Source: Saprolegnia diclina VS20
Lineage: Eukaryota
Length of the DNA stretch: 64,000 nt
Direction: 5' to 3'
NCBI RefSeq assembly: GCF_000281045.1
Contig: NW_008246079.1
Span: 3,735 to 67,734 of the forward strand
Both the position numbers and the translations under genes were made by a program. Shown one piece after another: positions 1 through 11,303 of the stretch; position 1 is the first letter of the stretch, and every line of letters starts with the position of its first letter. The notes under the pieces were generated by a model. The model was not told the DNA's origin and did not search any database. It was given only the letters and a program-made list of their open reading frames with translations.

Positions 1-7
1 GAAGCGT

Positions 8-373
8 TTAGAGCTCCGTCGACGGCTGCACGAGCTTCTCAACCATCGCGACACCATGTTCTTCGCTGCTGAGCGAGACCGCGTGGGCAAGGCCGTTGCC
101 CGCGCGCACACGCAGGAGGTCGTCGTCCGTGACGACGAGGCCGCGAAGGGTGTCTTCTACTGCGTGCACTGTCAACGCCGAGACCTTGGCGCCGACGCGG
201 GTGAGAATCGCAACAAGCACGTCAAGGTTGGCCTCCTGGACGCCGCCCGTCGTCGACGCAGCCTTGTCCGTGAGCTCGGCAATGAGCGGGACGATACTTC
301 GCAGCTGTGGCCATTGCTCATGGTCACTGAAGTAATCTCCCGAACGCGGTGCTGTCGTGCTACTCGGTAGCAT
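8..373 (-). CDS. Hypothetical protein, 121 aa
   Basis: ATG-to-TAA ORF with GC-rich codon third positions like neighbouring genes. AT-richer DNA with CCAAT boxes lies upstream. No recognisable motif. Confidence 0.45.
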   Translation of the reverse strand: MLPSSTTAPRSGDYFSDHEQWPQLRSIVPLIAELTDKAASTTGGVQEANLDVLVAILTRVGAKVSALTVHAVEDTLRGLVVTDDDLLRVRAGNGLAHAVSLSSEEHGVAMVEKLVQPSTEL

Positions 374-436
374 TGTGGGCCAGCTTTGCGGGCCGTGTCG
401 GAGTCGATTCGAAACTCAACAGACATGGGTGTTTCT

Positions 437-468
437 ATTGGCTCGATTTTAAATTCTTTATAGCCAAT
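437..468. promoter_or_regulatory. Inverted pair of CCAAT boxes upstream of the 8..373 ORF
   Basis: ATTGGCT at 437-443 and AGCCAAT at 462-468 flank an AT-rich spacer. CCAAT boxes are common eukaryotic promoter elements. Confidence 0.3.
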
Positions 469-1042
469 CACAAGACTACGTCTTATATAGTGTGCGTATC
501 CGCTTCCACAATAACGAGCGCAGCCCACAGACTCGCCAACCTCACGCAGGAGATATGTAGGCCTCTCTACACACTCACTGAACGGCGTACATGTCGTTTC
601 CGACGCTGAACGTGGCGTAATCACGCATAAATCCATTTTTCATTTTTTGAGGTGGTGGCACAATTGCTCAATTACTCTACATGAAATCGCGGGGTTTGAA
701 AGCTCCAAGGACCCCAATTCTGGATGCCACAGTTGGCTATGGATCTTAACCCGATGTGTGGCCCGTTTGTTGGGCCGCGCCGTTGCTTGGGCGCTCACAC
801 CAAACTCAAACTGCAGAGCGTCGGTTTTCCCAAAACGCGGTACGATATTTCGATTGAAAATAGGTTGAAATCGCGGAAACTGAGGACGCCATCTTGTTTT
901 GTTGATGCTGGAGAGCGTGTTGCATGTGGCCGAGGAAGGCATCGCGCCTGCGATATGCCCCGTAATGAGCAGCCTAATGAGGCCTGTCTGCGCCGTACAG
1001 TATTTCAGTGTATAAAAATGCACACTATATCCTAGCCAATCA

Positions 1043-1570
1043 TCAGTGTTCTTGCCCCATTTCAAATTTGCGTGGGCCATCGTCGCGCAGGACCGCCAGC
1101 ATGTATGTGGCAAGCCGTGCGCAGGCCTCGGGCCGCGGGCTCATGCAACGTTGATGTAGGCGTGGCGCAGCTACAGCATCCGTGACGAGCCACCGATGCG
1201 GCCCTAGGGCGGAGCCCTGGCCAAATTTTTCGACGGCCTCTCGCGCGTCGGCCACACGACCGCCTCCGAGATGCGCTCGTACAAGTTCCCAAGACCTGCG
1301 ACGACGCTGAGAGCGACGCCACGATATCTAGCATCGTGAGCGCCACGGCATCATACGCTTGCGCGTCCAGATCGGCCAGCGCTACGGCCGCATTCGACCT
1401 ACGGCGGGTCGCGCGCTCGTCACTGCCGCCACACTCTACGTACATCTCGGGCGTCGACGCGCGACTCGTGTCTCGGCGCGAAGCTTGCATGCGGCTGGTC
1501 GCGCCGGCTGTCGCGCGCTGCACTCGAATCCATCGCCATGCCGAGCCTTTCATCTTATTTGTCCTCCATG
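1043..1570 (-). CDS. Possible small spliced or degraded hypothetical gene
   Basis: Protein-like segments in two frames (…AAVALADLDAQAYDAVALTMLDIVASLS… and …ADAREAVEKFGQGSALG…) in a GC-rich island. Exon structure unresolved. Confidence 0.25.
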
Positions 1571-1980
1571 GCTGACACGCTCTACGTTGTACTGACGGAG
1601 GCAAGACACGTGTCTTTGTAATCACCGAACCACACAGAGATGCCAGGGACGTAAAACGTTCGCAACGACGGCCTTGCCGTTACTCACGGGAACGAGCGCT
1701 ACGACAAGGAGAATATAATATTTTCTCTGCTCATATGTCATTTTCCATGACGCCCGCCGTAGCGGTGCATGGCCAAAATGTAGAAAATGTTGAAGAATGC
1801 TGGGATTATTTTCAACGGCCCACTACAAGTCGCTAGTGATGGAGAGAGGTTGAACGTGCTGATTTGCGGCATTGTTGGGCACTGGGTGATTTTTCAACGA
1901 ATTGATTTGAATAAAATGGCATTTTCGATACCACGCTCTATGCGCGGAGCCAGAACGCTGGGATCATTTCAGTGGCCAAG

Positions 1981-2079
1981 GACAAGTCTGTCTAGAATTA
2001 TAAAGGCTCAAAGCATCATGTATTGGCTCGCGTTGAATATCTAGCTGATTTATGTTGGAATAAAACAGCAATTGTTGGC
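1981..2079 (+). repeat. 99-bp dispersed repeat, copy 1 (copy 2 at 51303-51401)
   Basis: Manual ungapped alignment to 51303-51401 gives about 6 mismatches in 99 nt; the 3' ~56 nt are identical. Confidence 0.95.
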
Positions 2080-2371
2080 GAGTTTCAAAACAAATACTTG
2101 CAGGCCTTTGATAGCCACATGCGTCCGCATACAGCCTCTCTCGAGCTAGAGAAAGCGTCCCTGAAAATATCACAGCGATTGGAGAAGGTTGCAAAAATCT
2201 CGATTTCGGATCGACAAACCTCCTGCTCTGCTCTTCCATGCTGCTCTACAAAGAGGCTGGTCGGTAAATTTCCTCGGCTTCTACCACTGTGCCAACTTTG
2301 AGGTATTCCATTTCAAACGCGATGTTGTTGGCAAGCGGCGTCGGTGTCGTGAGGTCCTGCCGTTAAGATAG

Positions 2372-2497
2372 CACTACGATCTTAGTATGGCGTGCGTCGT
2401 GCTGCTGAGAAGTCACTACGATCTCAATTTGGCGTGCGTTGTGCCTCCAAGGTGGCACTATGATATTAGCTTGGCGCGCATCTTGCTACCGCTGTAC
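2372..2497 (+). repeat. Three imperfect 42-bp tandem units
   Basis: A CACTAYGAT…TGGCGYGC core recurs at 2372, 2414 and 2456, exactly 42 bp apart. Confidence 0.85.
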
Positions 2498-2927
2498 GCC
2501 TCGCACGTCAACGCAGCTTCGCATGCTGTGTTCGGCACAGCGTCCTCTATCTATGTGCCAAGTCTTGGACATTTCGTTTTCGAACGCAACGTGATCGATC
2601 GCGCGGCCTGGCGATGCTGCACCGGATATCCGGATAACGTGGCTAATAACACGCAAGCTACCGCGGTGCGTTCCCGATTGCGAAGTCATGGCCAACGTCA
2701 GTCAGAATACAAAATGGCTCATACGTCGTAGAGTGATAAAGTTTGCTTTATATAGCACGGAGCACCAAGTTGCACCGTCGTGCGCGGCCCACAGCGCTCG
2801 AAACTCGTATCCAAAGTGATGCCGAATTGCACTATTTGCGGCATCATGTAGCGCTTTTACATGGCATATGCCGTATTTAAGGATTTCCTCAGTGGCACCG
2901 CACACGGCATTGTCCGGATAAAAAGCC

Positions 2928-4042
2928 ATGAAGCGCAAGCGCCAAGCAAGCGAGACCGGCGCCGAGGTCATTGTCCGGGCCCTCCTCACGCAGGCGCTCG
3001 AGACGCTCGCCAGCATCGTACGTCTCTGCGCATCCAGCTTGCGACTCACAACGCGTAGACGCCTGGCCTGGACGCATCGGCCTTTCTTCCGCTCCGTGTC
3101 CTCAGCGCCAAGGGCCGCGACCTGCTGCCGACCGACGATAGCACCGTGGGCACGACGCAGTATTCGAGCGATGTTGCTGTGCGCCTCTTCTATGCCAAAG
3201 TGTTAGCGCCGGCGTTGACGCTGTCCGATGTCGCCGATCTCGTGCGCTCAACAGCGATGGTGCTGCTGGAAGGCCAGGCGTCCGACGTCGTGGCGCTCCG
3301 TGTTGACCCAGCGACGTCGCGCCTCGTGTTCTTTACACGGCAAGCGCAGCCGTCCGTATTGGATGTCGAGCTGGACCCGAGCATTCGCGTGCTGCACGCG
3401 GACGCAGCGATCCTCGTGGTCGACAAACCGCCGAACGTCTGCTCCGTCGACGGCGTCGACCACCCGACGTCGATCCACTCGCTCCTCAAGCGCAAATATC
3501 CGCAGGTAGCTTTTTGCGAGTATGCGCATGTTGCTAGAATCGTGTAGGTGCGCATGGTGCACCGACTTGACTACGAGACGTCGGGGCTGCTCGTCGTCGC
3601 CCTCACGCGCGAGGCCGCGGTGCACCTCAACCGCCAATTCCGCGAGAAAACCGTGCAGAAGCAGTACCATGCGCTGATCCACGGCGCCTTGGACCCGGTT
3701 TCCGGCGACATCCACGCGCGTCTGGGGCCGGACCCGACCCACCGCATCAAGCAGGTGGTCGCGGACGATGGCAAGGCCGCGGAAACGCACTACGAGCAGC
3801 TCTTTTCGTCCTCCGACACGTCACTCGTGCAGCTCAACCCTGTCACGGGCCGGACGCACCAGCTGCGCGTGCACCTCTGGAGCCGCGGGTGCCCGATCGT
3901 TGGCGACTCGCTCTACCACCTGGACGCAAACGGCGAGGACAAGCCGATTGGCCGCCTCCACCTGCACGCGTCGACGATCACACTGCAGCACCCCGCGTCC
4001 GGTGAGCGCGTCACGTACACGAGTCCTTGCCCGTTCGCGTGA
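2928..4042 (+). CDS. RluA-family pseudouridine synthase (multi-exon)
   Basis: Motifs ILVVDKP, HRLDYETSGLL (catalytic Asp), TGRTHQLRVHL, PIVGDSLY and LHLHA. GT-AG intron at 3506-3547; 5' exons approximate. Confidence 0.92.
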
Positions 4043-4181
4043 ATCTTGAAGCCCGTCTTCGCCATGTCCATGCACCGGGTGTCGCAGATCTAGTTTACTA
4101 AAACCGAGTCAAATACGTGGCGTCTTTGCAGCGTCGCTGTTGGTCACAGCGTGCGCCTATGACGCAACGCCAAAACTCGAA

Positions 4182-5537
4182 ATGACTCGATCGGCGCTCG
4201 TCGCCCTCACCTCGGCGGATGTCGTTCAGCACATCGCTGCTTACGTGCGCTGCCCGTATGCCCTCGGTGCCTTCCTCCAACTCGTCCCGTCCACCGACCT
4301 CTCCATCGCGTTCCGGCATCTCGCGCGATTAGCGCAGACCATCGCGCTGCCCCACCTCTGGCCGCGACTTCGAGCCTCGGCGCTAACGTCATCGTTCGAA
4401 GTATCGCTGGCGACGACGCTCCTGCAGCATGGGAGCTCGACGCTGTGCCTCGACGAATGGCCCAAGACATGTAATCGGCTCGCAGCGTCCGCGCCGTCCC
4501 TCGCGTGCACCTTCCTCGCGTCCATGGCCGACGCCGCTGCGTGGACAGGCGCGCGACTTGTCGAGTGCGCGCTCATTCTTGCTTCCAGTGATAACGTCGA
4601 TGACGTGGCGTCGGTCGCTGCGTGGATGGCGACGGCGCCGCGCTTGCGCAGCGTGCAGCTCGCCTATTACAGCGGTCTCGGACCCATCGAAGAGCGTCTC
4701 TCGCAGTCGATTTTTTCCCGCCGCATCGGCGACATCTCGCTGCACAACGTCGGCCCCGACGCGCTGCCGCCGCATTGGATTGCGCGCCTTGTCGACTGGC
4801 TGCGAAGAAATCAGGCGACGCGCGTGAGTCTGGCCGAGGTCGTCACTGGCGACGGGCCTGACGTGCTCGTCCTCGCCCGTGCACTGCATGCCTGCACCTC
4901 GCTGCGGTCGCTCGAGTTCACGCATGTCCCAGAGCTTGCGACGGCTTATCTTGCGGCGCCCTTGCCCAGCACGCTCGTCGAGTTGGCGCTGACGGACAGC
5001 GGCCTGCCGAATGGGTGCGCTGCAGCCCTCGTACACGCCAACTTGACGCGCCTCAAGCTGCACATCCACGACGCAGCAGACAGCGCCTTGGCTGCGGTCT
5101 TCACCTCGTGCCCGAGCATGTTGGCGCTGACGTCCATCGACGTTGCGTACGAAGTGCTACAAGAGCTTGCGTGCGGCGCTCTCGTGCGTGCGCTACCTCT
5201 CGTCCGAGCGCTGGACGAGCTCAAGCTCGAGTCGCTGCACGTCCGCGACATGGCTCTGGTCTCAAGTCTTGTCCCCGTACTAGCCCACTGCCAGAGCTTG
5301 CACCGCGTCGCCCTCCGGGGTCTATGGTGGCCACACTCGACGCTGCCCGCAACGGGCTCCTGCCTGCGTTACCTCTGCCTGAAAGGGTGCTTGCTTCAAG
5401 ACAGCATAAAATGTATCGGTGGTGTCCGCGTGTGCTGCACGACGACGAACGGGCCGTGCTGGATCGACGGCAACCTCGACGCCTACCACATGGGAACGCT
5501 GGATCATTGCACGTCGGAGCGGGCGTCCTTTCTCTAG
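4182..5537 (+). CDS. Intronless F-box-like/LRR (RNI-like) family protein, paralog 1
   Basis: Long ORF with LxxLxL repeats (LRSVQL, LRSLEF, LVELAL, LTRLKL, LDELKL, LRYLCL). N-terminus and LWP motif shared with the 5660 and 30245 genes. Confidence 0.75.
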   Translation: MTRSALVALTSADVVQHIAAYVRCPYALGAFLQLVPSTDLSIAFRHLARLAQTIALPHLWPRLRASALTSSFEVSLATTLLQHGSSTLCLDEWPKTCNRLAASAPSLACTFLASMADAAAWTGARLVECALILASSDNVDDVASVAAWMATAPRLRSVQLAYYSGLGPIEERLSQSIFSRRIGDISLHNVGPDALPPHWIARLVDWLRRNQATRVSLAEVVTGDGPDVLVLARALHACTSLRSLEFTHVPELATAYLAAPLPSTLVELALTDSGLPNGCAAALVHANLTRLKLHIHDAADSALAAVFTSCPSMLALTSIDVAYEVLQELACGALVRALPLVRALDELKLESLHVRDMALVSSLVPVLAHCQSLHRVALRGLWWPHSTLPATGSCLRYLCLKGCLLQDSIKCIGGVRVCCTTTNGPCWIDGNLDAYHMGTLDHCTSERASFL

Positions 5538-5659
5538 AACTCACGTAAAAACCACGCGAGGGTCGTATTTACCACGTTTATCACGTTTACAAAGACCAAA
5601 TATTATGTGTGCGAAGTGTGTGAAATATTTGTGAAAATCATGAGTCTGTGATTTCCCAG

Positions 5660-6967
5660 ATGGCACAACGGGTGCTGGCCGAGTCGCCAGAGCTGCTCGC
5701 CGCCATAGCGCGCTTCGTGGCCAGCGCGGATGATCTGTCGGCGCTCCTGCGCCTATCGCCTCGCGCGCATCTACCCGCGCCGCTGTGCAACCTTGTCTTG
5801 CTCGCCCAGACAGTGCCGATCGCCAGCTTGTGGCCGTCGGTGCGGTATGCGGCACTCGTGACGGCTGACGAAGTCGCACTGGCGACCAAAGTCATCGGGT
5901 TCTTTGGCCACTTGCAGCTCGACGGACGACTGAGCGATGCCCAGAGGTGCCTTGTGAACGTATCGGAGGTCATTACCGTGGACTACGAGGTCGCGGCCTC
6001 GGAAGCGGCGCTCTGGCAAGGGGATCGGGTCTCGACACTGACACTGCGGCTCGCTGCTGGCAGCTCGCCAGCGCATCTCATCGCGGTAGCGCGCTGGGTT
6101 GCGACGGCGCCTCGACTCACATGCGTTTGTTTGAGCTTTGAGCACTGGACGGACATGGCGTCGCTGCTCGTCCTCGCCGAGAGCATCAACGCGAACCCTC
6201 GGATTCGCACCATTGCGCTGCGCGGGCGCTCGCTCCCGGCGGTACCCGACGCAATGGTCATGGCGCTCGCGCGATGGATACATCGCGGTCATCTTTCCAG
6301 CATGAGTCTCGGCAATGTCCAGCCGCGCGTACCATTCATGGCATCTTCCATCGGCGGCGCCTTGCGCTCCCTCAAGAAGCTGCGGGAGCTCAGCCTCGAG
6401 GACGAAAGTGCAATCGCTGCCGCGTATTTCGGTCACCCAACGCCGCTGCCGCTGCGGCGCCTCTCGCTGCGAAGCAAGACTGGGTTCCACGCGTGGGGCG
6501 TCACGACGAGCCTCCTCAACAGTCACGTGGTGCTCCCGGTCCTCCACACCCTCCAGGTAGGGTACGCATACCTCGAACCAGCGATGCTGTCGGCGTTGGC
6601 AACCGCGATCCTGCGTCTTCCGGTTCTGGACGAGCTCGTCCTCACGTGCACGGGCGCCAAAGACCCGAACCTGGCGGAGGCACTTGTCCGCGTCCTCCCG
6701 CGCTGTAAGCGCTTGCGCCGACTCGCGCTGCGCAATGTTCTATTTGACGACGCGCGCTGGTGGCATGTGGCCGCGGCGTGTCCGTCTCTGCGCTATCTCT
6801 GTCTACGGAACGCGCAATTGGCGGATGACGTCGCGGCGTCTTGGCGCCTCTGCTGTCCGCGCGTCCGCATCTGCTGTGCCACTGCTGCTTGTGACATTCG
6901 TCGCTGCGAGATTCCCGACGCCCATCCGGCCAACGGAGCGATAGATCCGGGTATCGTTGGTTTGTAA
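5660..6967 (+). CDS. Intronless F-box-like/LRR family protein, paralog 2 (tandem)
   Basis: PELLAAIARFV…DDLSALL…LAQTVPIASLWP N-terminus, LxxLxL repeats, and C-terminal LRYLCL…RICC shared with paralogs. Confidence 0.75.
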   Translation: MAQRVLAESPELLAAIARFVASADDLSALLRLSPRAHLPAPLCNLVLLAQTVPIASLWPSVRYAALVTADEVALATKVIGFFGHLQLDGRLSDAQRCLVNVSEVITVDYEVAASEAALWQGDRVSTLTLRLAAGSSPAHLIAVARWVATAPRLTCVCLSFEHWTDMASLLVLAESINANPRIRTIALRGRSLPAVPDAMVMALARWIHRGHLSSMSLGNVQPRVPFMASSIGGALRSLKKLRELSLEDESAIAAAYFGHPTPLPLRRLSLRSKTGFHAWGVTTSLLNSHVVLPVLHTLQVGYAYLEPAMLSALATAILRLPVLDELVLTCTGAKDPNLAEALVRVLPRCKRLRRLALRNVLFDDARWWHVAAACPSLRYLCLRNAQLADDVAASWRLCCPRVRICCATAACDIRRCEIPDAHPANGAIDPGIVGL

Positions 6968-7268
6968 AATGAACCATCGTTTTCCCTTTCAATTTCGACT
7001 TGCTGTCTCCATCAGAACTGATGGCGCAGAACTGATTTGTCGCATTGGCGCTGCGTGGCTGTAGATTCGCATGACGCACATCTCCATCAACGATTGGAAC
7101 CAGCAACGAAAGCCACGCTGAAACCCTCCGTCCTTGTCCCACGGCCACCGAGCTGCGCGTGCAGGCTGCCACGTAAACCCTTTTATAATGAATTGTAAAT
7201 CGAATTTAGAAGGTCTCTATAGCGATTGGCCCATTGGCCAGTGCCGGTTCAGTGGTTGGATCATCTTG

Positions 7269-8075
7269 ATGCTGCTGGCGAGGCTTCAGATCGCGAGCCG
7301 GCCGTGGCTAACCCGCGGCGCCGCCACGTCGGGCCCCACGAAGCTACGCCCAGAGCGCTTCGTCGACCTCGCTCGGCTCTTCCAGAGCGAGCAGCAGACG
7401 CACCGTGAATTCACCAAGATGCCATCGCGCTTCGCCGTGCCGACATGCCCGCCGTGGCCCAGCGACGTGCAAGGCACGACGATCAACGTGTCGTTCTACC
7501 GCTCGTCTCATAAGCGCGGCCTTCTCAAGCCGGGTGTCGTTGCCGCGCTTGACGCCATCGGCTTTGTCTGGGACCTCAGCGAGTTCAAGTGGCAGTGGCG
7601 CATGCGGGCGTTCAAGACGTACCGCGAGTTGCACGGCCACACCAACGTGCCGCAAGCCTTTACGGTACCCAGCGATGATCCACGCTGGCCTTCGCACACG
7701 TGGGGGCTTCCGCTCGGCGAGATCGTCCACAACATGCGGACAGGCGCCATGGCAATCCGGAAAGACCAGCGCGCGCAGCTGGAGGCGATTGGGTTTGTCT
7801 GGGCAGCCAACAAGTACAGCTGGACCGATAAGCTCGACGCGCTCAATGCGTTTCGCGAGCTGCACGGCCACGTGAACGTGCCGCAGATCTTCCAGGTCCC
7901 GTCCGAGAGCCCCGAATGGCCGCCAAACACGTGGGGTCTCAAGCTCGGGGCCGCAGTGCGCAACTTCCGCATGCGCAAGAATGTGATTGCAAAAGACAAG
8001 TACAGCGACCTCGAGGCGATCGGGTTTCTGTGGTCGACACGGCAAAAGGCCGACAAATCTCAAATTAATCACTAA
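7269..8075 (+). CDS. Helicase-associated (HA)-repeat protein with a possible mitochondrial presequence
   Basis: About 3 repeats of W…F.ELHGH.NVP..F.VP….WP..TWGL.LG…L.AIGF.W. The N-terminus (MLLARLQIASRPWLTRG) is Arg-rich and lacks acidic residues. Confidence 0.8.
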   Translation: MLLARLQIASRPWLTRGAATSGPTKLRPERFVDLARLFQSEQQTHREFTKMPSRFAVPTCPPWPSDVQGTTINVSFYRSSHKRGLLKPGVVAALDAIGFVWDLSEFKWQWRMRAFKTYRELHGHTNVPQAFTVPSDDPRWPSHTWGLPLGEIVHNMRTGAMAIRKDQRAQLEAIGFVWAANKYSWTDKLDALNAFRELHGHVNVPQIFQVPSESPEWPPNTWGLKLGAAVRNFRMRKNVIAKDKYSDLEAIGFLWSTRQKADKSQINH

Positions 8076-8174
8076 CGTCGTTAGCAAGTACTACTGGTGC
8101 ACGCATTGTTGAACGCGATGCGCTAAATTCGCAAGCGATTGACGAGCATAACGGCTGCTATCTATATAACATCG

Positions 8175-11100
8175 ATGGAGTTCGAAGACTTCCCGTCCGA
8201 TGACGACGTGACATTCAGTGACGACGAAGACTCGGCACAGGTGCTCGACCTCTTGACGCTCGTTGCGACCAAGCCGCTTGTCGTGACGGCGCCCAAAAGT
8301 GCAACACTGGTGGTTGACGCGCCCTGTGCACTGGTGGGTGACGCGCCCTGTGATATTGCCCCAGAAGCGTCTCCTGCGACGGTGCACGTGACACCTGCAG
8401 CGGTCTACGACGACGAGCCCGCCATTTTGCCATCGATTACGGCGCCACTGCCACGCATTGAGACTACGGCACCGAGCGACGAGAAAGAATGGGGACCGCT
8501 GTTCGACTCAATTTGTCATGTCAATGTACCACTGCTGTTGCTTGGAAGCAAACTCAACCGACGTAGGTGTGCGTGGACGATGGCGACGTTGAAGCAACTG
8601 TGGTTCGTAGCACTAAGATTTAGCAACAAGCTCATCATCATGTTTTTAGGCCGACGTCGCGACACGAAAGCACGTCCTCGATATCTACCACTGCCTACAG
8701 CAGGTCCTACCTGCGAGAAAAGTCGCCATAACTTTATAGCAAGCGTAGACGGCTGAGGGCGCGACATCGGAGTCACTACTAGGATTGCTGCAGCAAACGC
8801 GGGTGTTTCCGTACCTTGTGTCCCAAGCAGACTGGGACGGCGCGAGGCTCGAGAAGTCGGAACTGTCGCCGAGTCGGCTCTACGAAGTCTTGCAGCATTG
8901 GTGCGCCGCGAACCAGCCTTTTTGTGCTCTCTACCGAGACCTCGCGCACCGGTATGTGACCAAATCCGAGCACCAAGTCTTGACAGGGCGTAGATGGCGC
9001 GTCGTAACGTCGCTCCTCTTGGGCGGGGCGGACGATGAGGCAGCCGCCGCGCTGGCTGCGTGCAAGGTAGGTTACGTTCAAGCAAGTTGGAGACTCATGT
9101 CACTGGCAGGCCAAGGCGCACGAGTCGTCTTGGCTGCAGGCAATGGTGTACCAGCGACCCCGGCGTCAACTTTCACCAGAGACACCAGCGCGGCCCAGTG
9201 CGCGGTACCACCCTCGAGAATAACCCCGCGTTGAACTCTGCCATAGCGCGTCCAAGCGCCTCGAGGCATTCGTGACGCGCATGCAGGGGGACATTGCGTC
9301 GCGTCGCCAGAAAACCCAACAAACGCTTGACGAGAAACAAGCCCAAGCCGATGCGGCGGCCAAAGAGGCGCTGCCGCCGCCGCCATCGCTGGCCAAAGGC
9401 ACCAAGCGGATTCTCAAACAGAACGGGTGGGACGCCACGTCACCACGAGCTTGCGTCAACCGACTCCTCGCTGACCACGCGCTGCATCGGCGAGAGCACG
9501 ACCAGCAGCGAGCGCGGCGCGAGACCATCGACGCCGAGACAGGCCAGGCGTTCTTTCGACCGAAAATCAACAAGTACCGCATCGTCGCAAATGGAGGCGC
9601 TGCCAACCGTGTACTTAGGTCCAACCTCAAGCGCCACGGCGACGTCTGTGTCGAGCTGTACGACCAAGCCAAGGCCACAGATGAGAAGCGCGCGACGCTC
9701 CAGAGCCAGCTGCAGCACGTACAGAAAACGAGACGGAAACGCAGTCTGACCTTGAGGCGTAGAAGGCACAGCAACTGGCAACTCCGCGCATGAACCCAGC
9801 GTCACTCAAGGTCTACAAAAAGCGACTGCTTCGGGAAGTCGACGTGCTCTTGAGTCTCGTGCCGGGCGAACCCAGCGACGACGCGACCCTCTCGAGCGAC
9901 CACCTTCTGCACGTGTTTGGCTACTTTGGTAGTACTTGTTTTTCGTATCGACTTGGCATTCACGAGAGTGCTCGAGGCGTGTTGCCGCTGGCACTGGCGA
10001 CACCAGAGAACACGCTGTGGCAGCACCTTCAGGCATCAGTCACGACGGTGCGCGCGCTCAAAGAGTGGCTCTTCCGCATCATCCTCGCGCCTGGCGGTGT
10101 GGACGTGGACGATGGACAGCGGTGGTTCACGTCGTGACTAGAGCTGCGGGGCGCGCAAAAGCAGCTGCGGCAGCACTACCTCGCTCGAGACCGCCACGCC
10201 AAGCGCACGAGTGACGACGAGTTGTCACCCAAACACGGCACACCAGGGACAGGCACGTATTCGATGCACGGCCATCTCGTGTCCGCCACGAAACCCGACC
10301 CGACCATCGCCCGCCAGCGCGAGCTCGAGGCCAAGTTGCAGTGGCTGCGCGACGAGAAGCGAGCGCGCGAGGAGGCCGAGTGCACGTTTGCTCCCGACTT
10401 GCGGCAGCCGCCGATCGAGGTTGGCGGATTTCCGAAAAAAGGACCCGAAATGACGGTTGATTCAGGTGCGCCCACCAGACGTCGCGGCCCAACGCCTGTA
10501 CGAGCAAGGCCTCGAGCAAAGGCGCGAGCGCGACGAGCGCGTCCACGCGGCGCGACTGGCCAAGCAAGCGCAGGTCGAGCGCGAATGCACGCGCCCCGAG
10601 AGCCCGAGTGCCGCCGCCCGACTGCAAGCCTTCCTTGCGCTGCCGCCTCCGGTGCGACAGCACCAAATGCGTGTGGATAGTGAGGCGTGAGGATGTAGAA
10701 GCATATCGATGGCTTTGAGAAGGCCGTGCAGTCGCTGCGCCGCGGCCACGCCGAGCGAGCGTGGCGCAAGGCCAAAGGCGAGTCGCCCATCGCCCTGCAC
10801 TTGGACGTGACCAAGTTTCGCTCCGAAGATGGCCGCACAACGGTGCCGCAGCCGTTCCACTTGACCTCGGTGCGGATATCGACCTCATATTGGCTCCTAC
10901 GAACCCGCTACGTAGTCGACGCCAAAGGACGTCTCACCGACGACCGTTCGCCGGCACCAGCCCAGTCAGTGGCAGCGCGAGGCAACGGCGTCCACAGACG
11001 ATGGCAACGACGACGACTGTGTCCGTGTACAAGTCCACATTTCGCCGACGCTTATCCACACGCTGGACGTGTACGCCGACAGCGATGTGCCCGCGCTCGT

Positions 11101-11288
11101 CAGCCAAGTGGTCGCCGATTACAACGTAAGTATTTGCTTCTGTCCGAGTGCCCAACGGTGTCGAGTAGCTCGAGCCGTACCAAGCCGACCGCCTCTTGAC
11201 CCTTCTCTCGAGCTCTGACGAGAGCGTCTTGGACGACGCGCCGCTGCTGTCGAGGCTAGAGACGCTCGACTTTTCCAACATTGCCTAA
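8175..11288 (+). CDS. Multi-exon hypothetical coiled-coil protein, possibly microtubule-associated
   Basis: Chain of GC-rich exon-like ORFs separated by short GT-AG segments. Motifs FFRPKIN, ECTFAPDL, RLYEQG and TVPQPFHL. Could be more than one gene. Confidence 0.5.
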
Positions 11289-11303
11289 GATTTATGCAAG
11301 TTC

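Noticed and set aside
2372..2497. Regularly spaced repeats as a possible CRISPR array
   Set aside because: Only three degenerate units, variable parts far too short for spacers, no cas genes, and eukaryotic context.
8305..8352. 24-bp in-frame duplication (LVVDAPCA/LVGDAPCD)
   Set aside because: Ordinary slippage in a low-complexity region.
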